From Eledone cirrhosa (lineage: Eukaryota), in NCBI GenBank assembly GCA_964016885.1, contig OZ024742.1, positions 169,446,001 to 169,510,000 on the forward strand: 64,000 nt of DNA. Direction: 5' to 3'. This document shows, one piece after another, positions 1 through 11,204 of the stretch; within the stretch, counting starts at the first letter, position 1, and every line of letters begins with the position of its first letter. The position numbers were made by a program, and so were the translations under genes. The notes beneath the pieces are model-generated. The model was not told where the DNA came from. It searched no databases and saw only the letters and a list, made by a program, of their open reading frames with translations.

Positions 1-939
1 TAATTATAAAATGTATGCTAAAATTGAAGATTTTGTCTTAGAATTAGAAGTGATCTAATGTGAATAGCTATCAAAAAGGTTTTTAACTCTTTTATTACCA
101 TATTTCTGATGAAATACACTATCTGTGTCAGTTAATTTGGAAAATTTGAAGAATTTAACGAGATAACTAACATTTTCATTTGTAAACGGTTTGAAGCATT
201 ATCATCATCATCATCATCATCATTATGATTTTAATGTCTGTTTTCTCTGTAGACCAGGTTGGTGCTTAAACAGATCATCATCATCATCATCGTTTAATGT
301 TGGCTTTCCCTGCTAGCAAGATTTAGACAATTGTCAACAGACCAGATTGGCACATAAACAGAGGTACTGATCCCACAGATGGGCAGGGAGCTTGCCTCTA
401 CATACAACCCTGTGCACTACCATGTACATTTTACCATGACATCGACACTAGGGAAGTTGTTACGTTGACACAACTGAAAGGGTTTTCTTGACCCTTTGTT
501 TAGCAGGTTTCAGGTTTTCTAGGGCTGGATGCCTTTCCTATCACTAACCATTTTACAGAGTGTATTTGATGCATTTATTGTGTAAATCACCAACATTAGG
601 GAAGTTGTCATGTCTTTCACACAACAGTTCTCCTGACCCTTTGTTTGCTAAGTTCTCTACAGCTGGATACCCTGCCTTTCACCAATCACAAAATTAAGAC
701 GGGAGGTTTTAATATAAGTAGGTTTAGACAAGTTATCAGCAGACCAGGTTGGTACTCAAATGGAGGCCTTAACCTCAAGGAGACTACACTTCACTTACAT
801 GCGTTCCTGTACTTACCAAGTGCTCAGACAGTTTTGTATCAAGCAGGTTGACATCAAAAGGGTTAAAATAACACAGTAGGGTATGAAGAAAAGAAAGAAG
901 TATGGTAGGATGGAGGAAAGGGAATCAATAAAAACTTAC

Positions 940-1019
940 CACTCTTATGTTTGGTTTTATCACCTGGAAACAGCAGAGTCTTTTCTTTGTCTTTCTTCGT
1001 TTTAGTTTTCTTGATGCCT
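940..1019 (-). CDS. MORF4L1: MRG15/MORF4L1 candidate coding exon 5 (basic linker, GIKKTKTKKDKEKTLLFPGDKTKHKS)
   Basis: On the - strand, pyrimidine-rich ...tctcctccAG acceptor and GTAAGT donor. The 80-nt exon is phase-compatible with the phase-2 end of exon 21923-22009. It is Lys-rich, like the MRG15 post-chromodomain linker. Sequence is poorly conserved, so assignment rests on splice sites and phase. Confidence 0.6.
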
Positions 1020-2406
1020 CTGGAGGAGATTTCAGAGAAAAAACAAACTGATACAACAATAGAAAACACTAAGCGATGTTAACGATGATGCTGAACTCTT
1101 AACTCAATACGTATGTATGAACCTATAACTTGTGATGGAGTTATAGGGGTGCCATAAAGACATACAGCATATCTTGGACATTTTAAACTTGGTGGAGACC
1201 ATCCACTCATCCACTCTCTAGGTCTGAACACAACTGATTTCTTCCAGAGAAGGAGAAAGAGATACAGAGGAAGAACTGACCCCAGTACTGGACTGGTGCA
1301 TTTTTTTCTTGACCTTGGTAGGTTTTGAATACAGAGGGTGCTGAGAACCAGAATAAATACAGCAAAGCATTCTATCTGATTTTCTAATTAACCACTTATC
1401 TATCTATAATATACTCCCTACATCTCAGCTGAATCAAACATGGCTTGCTATGTCTGTTCAGGCCCTCTACACCCTAACTAGTAATCTATCCAGGTAGTGT
1501 TTTCCTTTCTATTTCATACACCTAATGCTATGCTGCTGGTGCTATGGCTCATTCAAAACACATCAGAAACGAATTTCACATTGAAAATTAAATTAGTATA
1601 ATATTCACCTCTAAATTGAAACCAGTGTAATATTCACCTCCAAAGTTAAACTAGTGTAATATTCGTTTCCAAAGCGATGGCATGGTTTTGAAATTCTCAG
1701 GTTTATTAGGCCTCTTATAAGGTTGTATTTCATAAGGATGCTTTACCTCTTCCATTACTGTATTTTTCATGAAATACACTGCTTATATGTTTCAGTTAAT
1801 TTTGAAAATAATCAAATATTTGGAGGAATTTAGTAAAATAACTAATTCTCATTAATAACCTGATAATTAGAATATTACTTAACAAAGATTTCTTAAATAA
1901 AATTACAAATGGAAGAATTTAATATAAATACAAACAGTTTATAATGAACAGTTTTGTATCATAAATCTAGGGCAGTTTCAGGCATTTTGATATAAAAAGA
2001 GTTAATGATAGGGGTCTCCAGTCTGATCATATTAGCATTGTTTCAGTGACAAGAACCAATACGACAAAGAATCCCACCTGTTCCACTCACTGTTCTCCCA
2101 ATACATTGTCATGGAGGGGTACTTTATTTATTGACCCCAACGTGATCAATAAAGTACTTAAAAACTAAGATTAAAGAAACTGGCCTTTATGAAAGTTTCT
2201 GATCTGAGCTCATCACATAAGATCTATTCACTATAACATGTAAATATCCAAATGTGGGAAATTAAATCTTCTAACACATCTATTCATATTTTGCTGATCA
2301 AATCAATCCTGCTAATTTTGTTTATCAACCATGGTGGGATTAAATGCAAAAATCAACTTTAGCAGGATTTGAACTCAGAACATAGAGGAGCACAACCAAA
2401 TAATTA

Positions 2407-3286
2407 CCATATATACTTGAATATAAGCCAAACCCCCACCCTCCCTATTTTATATCTGAGAAATAGGCAAAAATCAAAACCATATTGTTAAGCCATGGCA
2501 ACTAATCAACACATTATGTTTAGATAGCATGGTTTTGAAATTCTCATGAGTGGAGAATATATTTATGAAGTTTTAATGTTTTAAGTTTCATTTAGAGCAG
2601 GGTTCTCAACTTTTTTTTTCACTGTGGACCACCAAAATAAGTAATTTTTTCCTGTGGACCACCTAAACTTTTAAATCTTTTGTAATAGAACTGCTACTTA
2701 TAAGCATCAGTAGATGTTTTTTTTCAATGAATTAGAAAATGCTATTATCATGTCGCAGTGTCTAAAAATCTACGCAAATAAACAGCTGAAGTCGTACTTA
2801 TGCGAAGAATAAGAACAGTGCTTTAAGTCAAATGCATGGATCAAAAAAGAATTTGCTATTGAAAATTTTCTGTGGACCACCTGAATTTTCATGTGGACCA
2901 CTAGTGGTCCACGTGGACTAGGTTGAGAACCTCTGATTTAGAGTATAGTTTTTGTTTCACAACTTCATTACATAATAATTTTTTACCAATTTCCAACTGT
3001 TTTGAAGACCATATTCATTCAAAACACATCAGAAACGAATTTCACATTGAAAATTAAACTAGTATAATATTCACCTCTAAATTGAAACCGGTGTAATATT
3101 CTCCAAAGTTAAACTAGTGTAATATTCGCTTCCAAAGCAAAAATATTTTAGCACCTAATTTATGTAGAATTTTGAAGTTGGTGAAAATCAGCAAAATATT
3201 GACCTCGAATATAAGCAGACAGCCACTTTACCATCGATTTTTTTTTTTTGTCACATATTTCTCAGCTTTTATACGAATATATATAG
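2407..3286. mobile_element. Non-autonomous Tc/pogo-like DNA transposon (degenerate TIRs, TA flanks)
   Basis: Left end TA|CCATATATACTTGAATATAAGCC; right end GCTTTTATACGAATATATATAG|TA, an imperfect inverted repeat. Confidence 0.5.
2598..2935. mobile_element. hAT (Charlie-like) MITE
   Basis: TIRs CAGGGTTCTCAAC / GTTGAGAACCTCTG; perfect 8-bp TSD ATTTAGAG (2590-2597, 2936-2943); repeated GTGGACCAC subterminal motifs. Confidence 0.9.
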
Positions 3287-3689
3287 TAAATGTCTTTAGT
3301 GTCTGGGATGAGTTGTATGAAGACATTTAATGAAAAAAAAAATGTTTTAGAGAAAGAATCTATTCATATAATATATATGTATATATATATATATATAAAA
3401 ACAAATAACGAAACGAAATTAAATTTCGTTTCGTTTGTAACTCACTTTTGTATGACTGACGCTTAAACAATTAAGTTAAAAATGTACATCCACATATGTA
3501 TACTGAAATACTAGTATGCATATGAATACACACACGTATACATATGTAGATGTACCGAGTTTTTCACTGGTCACTTTACTGTGAGTGTCCAGCTATTCTG
3601 TATGTAAACACACAGACAAACCGGTTTTTAGAGTCATACTGGTTTTTGAGAAAACACCTTTCCTCTATTCTCCAGAAAGCCAGACAAGG

Positions 3690-3734
3690 AATATTGAACT
3701 AGTTTCGATGTTGTTACATCTCATCAGCAATATT
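3690..3734 (-). ncRNA. Minimal type I hammerhead ribozyme
   Basis: Reverse complement of the 4537-4581 motif. Confidence 0.8.
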
Positions 3735-4536
3735 TACCTATCTTCCGGCCTTTCTAGAGAATCGTAAAAGCACATATCGTTATATGCTTTTTCTATGAAA
3801 ATTAGTAGTGGGCAGACTAATTTGCATAGAGCGTGAGTACGTACCGGTTCAACGGAGACGATAAAAACAAATAACGAAACGAAATTAAATTTCGTTTCGT
3901 TTGTAACTCACTTTTGTATGACTGACGCTTAAACAATTAAGTTAAAAATGTACATCCACATATGTATACTGAAATACTAGTATGCATATGAATACACACA
4001 CGTATACATATGTAGATGTACCGAGTTTTTCACTGGTCACTTTACTGTGAGTGTCCAGCTATTCTGTATGTAAACACACAGACAAACCGGTTTTTAGAGT
4101 CATACTGGTTTTTGAGGAAACACCTTTCCTCTATTCTCCAGAAAGCCAGACAAGGAATATGAAAAGTATGACTCTAAAAACCGGTTTGTCTGTGTGTTTA
4201 CATACAGAATAGCTGGACACTCACAGTAAAGTGACCAGTGAAAAACTCGGTACATCTACATATGTATACGTGTGTGTATTCATATGCATACTAGTATTTC
4301 AGTATACATATGTGGATGTACATTTTTAACTTAATTGTTTAAGCGTCAGTCATACAAAAGTGAGTTACAAACGAAACAAAATTTAATTTCGTTTCGTTAT
4401 TTGTTTTTATCGTCTCCGTTGAACCGGTACGTACTCACGCTCTATGCAAATTAGTCTGCCCACTACTAATTTTCATAGAAAAAGCATATAACGATATGTG
4501 CTTTTACGATTCTCTAGAAAGGCCGGAAGATAGGTA

Positions 4537-4581
4537 AATATTGCTGATGAGATGTAACAACATCGAAACTAGTTCAATATT
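4537..4581 (+). ncRNA. Minimal type I hammerhead ribozyme
   Basis: aatattg-CTGATGA-gatgt(aaca)acatc-GAAA-ctag-TT-caatatt: 7-bp stem I, 5-bp stem II, palindromic ACTAGT stem III, predicted cleavage after GUU (4574). Confidence 0.8.
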
Positions 4582-4802
4582 CCTTGTCTGGCTTTCTGGA
4601 GAATAGAGGAAAGGTGTTTCCTCAAAAACCAGTATGACTCTAAAAACCGGTTTGTCTGTGTGTTTACATACAGAATAGCTGGACACTCACAGTAAAGTGA
4701 CCAGTGAAAAACTCGGTACATCTACATATGTATACGTGTGTGTATTCATATGCATACTAGTATTTCAGTATACATATGTGGATGTACATTTTTAACTTAA
4801 TT

Positions 4803-4836
<34 letters not shown>

Positions 4837-4920
4837 GAAAAGTATAGAAATTATTGTAGCAAGAAGCCAACAGTATTCCATAATATATAAGTGACTTATA
4901 TATATATATATATATATATA

Positions 4921-6106
4921 TGAAAACAAGGAGAAAGAGATGATTATGAGGAAGAAAAATATTTTTTTTTCCTTTTTTGTTTCTGTCTCTTTTTTCTGGG
5001 TTAGAAAATGATTAAAACGAAATGTGTTACTTTGTGTGAAGTGTTAAGGTATTAGTTGATTTATTTATTATTTAACAATGGCATTTATTTATCTATTTAT
5101 ATATTTAATTATTGTCTATTACCGATTTCAGCATTTATATGCATTATCAAATGATAGTGAAATGTATTAGTGTGGTGTCGCACATGTTAAACAGAAGGTG
5201 CAGAAAGAATAATGTTATATACAAACAAGGTTTAAGAAATGAAAAGAAAAAAGGAAAAGGAAAAAAAAACGTGCATAATGTGGAACGTAAAAAGTCAATG
5301 TGGAAGAAAAAATAATGTTATTTACAAGCACAGTCATTGAAGTTTTAATCATTTTCTAACCCAGAAAAGAGAGAGAGAGAGAAACAAAAAAGGAAAAAAA
5401 TATATTTTTCTTCCTCATAACCGTCTCTTTTTCCCTGTTTTCATATATATTCATTCATTTCATTTCATTTCATTTACGTCCGCTTTTCCCTGCTTGCAAG
5501 GGTGGGACGGGAACTGATTCTGGCTTGATTTCTACAGCTGGATGCCCTTCCTAACACCAACCTCATTTACAGTGAGTGCTGGGTGCTTTTTTGCCGTGGC
5601 ACCTCCACGACCACTTTGCAATGGAAAGATAGGGACCCCAGTCCCTATCATCTCATTTCTACAGCTGAGTAAACTGGAGCAATGTGAAATAAAGTGTCTT
5701 GCTCAAGGAAACAACACATCACCCGGTCCGAGAATTGAACTCACAACCTTTCGATTGCAAGGCCAATGCTCTAACCACTAAGCCATGTGTCTCATATATA
5801 TATATATCTTAATGTGGAACGTAAAAAGTCAATGTGGAAGAAAAAATAATGTTATTTACAAGCACAGTCATTGAAGTTAAGTGGATCAAAATGTATTAAT
5901 AAAGCAATAGACAATAATTAAATATATAAATAGATAAATAAATGCCATTGTTAAATAATAAATAAATCAACTAATACCTTAACACTTCACACGAAGTAAA
6001 ACATTTCGTTTTAATCATTTTCTAACCCAGAAAAGAGAGAGAGAGAAACAAAAAAGGAAAAAAATATATTTTTCTTCCTCATAATCGTCTCTTTTTCCCT
6101 GTTTTC
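4921..6106. repeat. Complex direct/inverted repeat scaffold between (TA)n tracts
   Basis: About 4921-5018 recurs inverted at about 5343-5443; about 4921-5120 recurs inverted at about 5905-6106; about 5277-5343 recurs directly at about 5811-5878. Confidence 0.75.
5450..5790 (-). mobile_element. tRNA-head SINE with RTE-derived body and tail
   Basis: Head on - strand has A box TGGCTTAGTGG and B-box-like GAGTTCAATTCT, followed by CORE-like TCCTTGAGCAAGACACTT. The 3' 39 nt are identical to the RTE LINE 3' end at 9711-9749. Near-identical copy at 37.5 kb. Confidence 0.85.
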
Positions 6107-6420
6107 ATATATATATATATATATATATATATCTTAACTCATGTGCTTCCTCTCCACATTTTATTATTATTATATATATATATTACCAGCGTAAAGCAAA
6201 CAATTATTATTATTATTATTATATACAAGCTGAACTGGACTGGGAAAGGTCAACAGTTGACATGATATTGATTTTGATTTTGTATTTGTATCAGTACTGC
6301 CGGTAATATATATATATATATATGTGTGTTTGTGAGTGGTGTGTGTGTTTGTATGCATGAATGAGTGTTGGTATGTGAGTGGCGTGTGTGTGGTTGTGGT
6401 TTGTATGCATGAGTGTTGGT

Positions 6421-6468
<48 letters not shown>

Positions 6469-6497
6469 TGTGTCAATAAGTTTTTTTTTTTTTAATG

Positions 6498-9400
6498 ACC
6501 ATGCTGTAAAATGGAGGAGTAGAGAGGGCCCTTGAGTCTAGTAAGACATCCTCTCTAGTGCTGGCGGCACAAATAAAAGCACCCAGTCCATGCTGTAAAG
6601 TGGCGCTGGTGTTAGGAAGGGCATCCAACCAGTGTATCAATGCCAAAACGCTTATCAGCACAGCAACAAATAGGAACAACAACAAAATATGAAGACGTAG
6701 TATCTCAGAGTTGCAACACTTAATGTTGGCACTCTCACAGTTAGATGTGCTGAAATAGCGGAGATGCTGGAGAGAAGGCAGGTGGATGTGTGCTGCGTGC
6801 AAGAGGTGAGATGGAGAAGTGCCTCTGCGAGACTAGTCGTAGGCAAACGTCTTAGCTATAAGCTATTCTGGGTAGGTAAGGATGATGGGTTAGGGGGAGT
6901 AGGCATTTTCCTGGCTAAGAAATGGATCAATAAGACAATAGAGGTAGTTTGAGTTAGTAATCGAATAATTAAGCTTAGATTAGTTGTAGGCAGGAGACTA
7001 CTGACAATCATCTCGGCCTATGCTCTCCAAGCAGGCCTAGGCAAAGATGAGAAAGACTGCTTTTACGAGCAACTTTTACAAACAACCGCAATGACAGAGG
7101 ACGGAGACATCGTTATGCTAGCAGGAGACTTCAATGGTCATGTTGGACAGCTCCAGGATGGTTACACTGGGGTACATGGTGGGCACGGTTACGGCTCAAG
7201 AAATGAAGGAGTGAGACTTCTTGAATTTTGTGATGCGGGTACATTGACTATTTGCAACACAAACTTCCAGAAACCTGCCAATCACCTAATAACCTACAAA
7301 TTTGGTGAGCACATAAGCCAGATTGATTTCTTACTAGTTAGGCAGCGGGACAGGCAGATAGTGTCTAATACCAAGGCATACCCTGGGGAAGAATGTACCC
7401 CACAGCATAGGTTAGTTGTTAGTGATATCTCAGTAAGCAAGAGATGGAATGAGACATTTAGGAAGGTGTGGAGAAGAAAGGTCTGGAAGCTAAAAGACCT
7501 TTCACTAAAATAGAAATTTAGGAAAGCCCTTCAAGATGTATATGACGAAAAAGAAGACGATTTAGAGACGTATGACATAGATAATAACTGGAATTTCTTA
7601 CGTGACAACTTGCTGCAGGCTACTGATGAAACTTGTGGCTGGAGCAGAGCTCCAACCAGACAGAGAGTGACCTGGTGGTGGAACAGCACAGTAGAGGCCA
7701 TAAGAGACAAAAGACTAGCATGGAAGGCTTGGGAAAAGGGTGGGAGTAGGGAAGAATATACAGCCACTAAGAGAGAAGCTAGACGTCAGGTGTACTTAGC
7801 ACGCAGGGAGGCGGAGAGTAGGAGGTTTGCCAATGTTCTGCGACGGGAAGATCAGAGGCGTGCGGTGTTCCACATTGCAAGGCAGTGTGTCAATGCAAAT
7901 CAGGATGTTGTTGGAGATAAATGTGTCCGGGATGATGCCGGTATACTTAGTGTCACGAATGATCAGAAAAAGGAGGCCTGGAAATGTCATTATGAGAGAC
8001 TGATGAATGTGGAGAACAAATGGGAGAGAGAGAAATTACCCTTGGTAGATCCGACAGAGGGACCAGCTATTGAGATTGACGAATATAAGGTCCAAGAGGC
8101 GATTAGGGAAATGAAAAATGGTAAGGCTGCCGGACCATCGGGAATAGTTGCTGAGATGCTGAAGGCATCAGGGGACGTAGGCACTAAACTGGTTGCACAC
8201 ATCATCAATCAGGCTATTTATGGTGGTGTCATACCCAAAGACTGATGCAGCAGTATTCTCATAAATTGCTACAAAGGTAAAGGGGATGCTCTGGAGAGGA
8301 GCAATTATAGGGGTATAAAACTAATAGATCAGGTTATGAAAGTGGCAGAAAGGATATTAGCACAACTAATTAGAGAAAGGGTCAAACTAGATGAGATGCA
8401 GTTTGGTTTTGTGCCTGGGAAGAGTACAACAGATGCCCTCTTCTTGGTGAGACAATTGCAAGAGAGGTTCTTAGAGAAGAATAAGCCACTATACTTAGCC
8501 TTTGTTGACCTAGAGAAGGCCTTTGATAGGGTACCCCGATCTGTCATCTGGTGGTCCCTAAGAAGCTAGGTGTTGAGGAATGGCTTGTGAGGACTGCAAA
8601 CTTTGTACAGAGGTACTCTCAGTAAAGTCAGGGTAGGAATGGAGTTTAGTGAGGAATTCCAGATACAAGTAGGAGTACATCAGGGTTCGGTCCTCAGCCC
8701 GCTCTTGTTCATTATAGTCCTCCAAGCCATAACAGAGGAGTTTAAGACTGGCTGTCCATGGGAACTTCTCTATGCTGACGATATGGTTCTTATAGCAGAA
8801 TCAGTAGAGGAGCTAGAGAATAAATTCTGGCTATGGAAACAGCAGTTGGAAGCAAGAGGACTGAGAGTGAACCTAGCTAAGACAAAAGTGTTGATGAGTA
8901 GAAAAGAAGACAAAACCCTGATTCCGTCAAGGGAATGGCCATGTTCGATATGCAGAAAAGGAACTGGCATAAATTCTATAAAATGCACACAATGCAGATC
9001 CTGGGTACACAAGAGATGTAGCGGGATAGCAGGCAAACTAACAGGTAGGGAAAAATATGTATGCAGTAGATGTACAGGGAAATTAGACAGTAGAAGTCGC
9101 ATTGATAGACACATTTTTCAAATGCAGGAGGGCGCTATAGAAGTGGTGGATAGCTTCCGGTACCTAGGAGATCAGATTAGCATGGGAGGAGGGTGTTCCG
9201 AGGCCATAGTATCTAGAATAAGGACGGGTTGGAAGAAGTTTAGGGAGCTGCTTCCTCTGTTGACAAAGAAGGGTTTCTCCCTGCGTACAAAAGGCTGGTT
9301 GTATGATGCCTGTGTGAGGAGCGCGATGCTGCATGGTAGTGAGACATGGGCAGCAACTGCAGAGGATATGCAAAGCCTGGAGAGAAATGAGGCAAGCATG

Positions 9401-9766
9401 CTTCGTTGGATGTGCAGTGTAAATGTGCGTGAACGACCCAGCATAAATGTGTTGAGAGAGAAACTGTGTCTGAGAGGGATAGAACGTAGTGTACGGGAGA
9501 GGAGACTGAAGTGGTATGGACATGTGATGCGCATGGAGGATGACCGATGGGTGAAGAAGTGCCAGGAAATGCCAGTTGAATGAAGACGTGGTAGAGGTAG
9601 ACCACGAAAAACATGGGCGGAGGTGGTGAGAACAGACCTCAGATCATTGAAGCTCACGGTGGAGATGACGAAGGACTGTGACGAGTGGAGAGATGCTGTG
9701 CTGAATAAGACCCGTCCCACCCTTGCAAGCAGGGAAAAGCGGACGTAAAATGATGATGATGATGAT
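6498..9766 (+). mobile_element. Near full-length RTE (BovB-like) LINE, disrupted by stops and frameshifts
   Basis: APE endonuclease (LRVATLNVGTL, CVQEVRW, GDFNGHVG, QIDF, QHRLV) and RT (QFGF..GKST, FVDLEKAFD, GVHQGSVLSPLLF, LLYADD), then a C4HC3 finger, the RTE C-terminus and a (GAT)n tail. 5' boundary approximate. Confidence 0.95.
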
Positions 9767-9939
9767 ATATATATATATATATTCGATTTGTTTGCATACA
9801 TAATGTTATCATTAATATTCGTAAAACTCAGATTACATTTATTGTATTCAGCGAAGTAGAGTGAAACATTTTTTTTTTATATATATATATATATCTTCCA
9901 TATACTGTACCGATTGTGTTGTTATTTCTGTTTACCTTT

Positions 9940-10015
<76 letters not shown>

Positions 10016-11204
10016 GTGCATCACAATGCAAATTACTATAATAAAATAATAATAATGAAAATTATAATGTACAGTGTTATTACAGTCATTTGTGTTGGGA
10101 TGCACATATTTCTCCAAATTTCTCCAAAACTTCTTAAGTCAAATGCTTATCTCACTGAAGGAAACTTTAGGAAACATTGATATAGGCAGATGAGGCATAT
10201 CAGATAGTTATATAGATAGACAGATCTGCCTTCTATCTAATTGTCTTAATATCTGTTGGTAAAGCTCACAACTATATAGGTTTAGCTGACTTCATATGAG
10301 GATGCATCTCATAGGAAGTTTCTCAAGTGTTTTAATGATAGGAGCTCCAGCCATATGTTGTTATTACTGCTCATACCTATATAGGTTTAGCTGGCCACAT
10401 ACTATAGCAACATTATCATTACAACCATACCTATACAATCACAACTACCATTATCAACAGAGAAATACACTACTACAATGACCCCTACATACAGCATCAA
10501 CACTACCAATCACTAATACTATCGCCAGCGATACATGATATAACTACCATCGTCAACATAGAAACACACATCTACCACTAATACATTGACCACTAGACAG
10601 AGTGTGTGTGTGAGGAGGTTGAACATGTTTGTGTGGATGGCTGTGTGAGTAGGGGTAAGAAAGAAAATTTCCAGTAACAATTCTTTTGCATTTAATTGAA
10701 AATAGCATTATTACACATCTTTACATAGAAATGTACTTTAACTATATCATACGTACACTCTATACTATCACATTGCTACATATAAACATATACATATGCT
10801 ATATACCATCACATCATTACATAATATATATATATACTTTATACTATCACATTGTTACATATAAACTACCAACATTATCATGACCATATAACATCCACAA
10901 CTGAATGCCCTTCCTAACATCAACCTCATTTACAGTGTGGACTGGGCGATTTTTGTTGTCGCCATCACGACCACTATACAGTGTGGTCTGGACGCTTTTT
11001 GTCATGTCACCAACACAATCATTTTACAATGTAGGCTGGATGCTTTTTGTCATGTCGCCATCACAACCATTTTACAGTGTGGGCTAGAGGCTTCACTGGA
11101 TGTATACTTCAGCCTGTCCTCATGGGAGATGTATGGGAATGGGTGGAGCATACTATATATATGCTTCAGCTTCAGTCTGTGCCTGAGGGAAATCAGGTCT
11201 TCTG

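Larger units (their letters stand above)
3395..4806. mobile_element. 466-bp-unit tandem plus inverted HHR-bearing non-autonomous element (retrozyme / PLE pseudo-LTR-like)
   Basis: Unit repeats at 3395/3861 and, inverted, at 4165/4631. Copies are near-identical, flanked by (TA)n on both sides, carry no real ORF, and each full unit contains a hammerhead motif. Confidence 0.85.

Noticed and set aside
3585-4686. Twin 60-aa ORFs (3585+ and 4504-)
   Set aside because: By-product of the inverted repeat; non-ATG start, antisense to the HHR, no domain.
6498-6660. HDV-like ribozyme in the RTE 5' region
   Set aside because: Known for some RTEs, but I could not build the nested double pseudoknot by eye.
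7531-9801. Minus-strand ORFs over the RTE LINE
   Set aside because: Antisense shadows of the LINE ORF.
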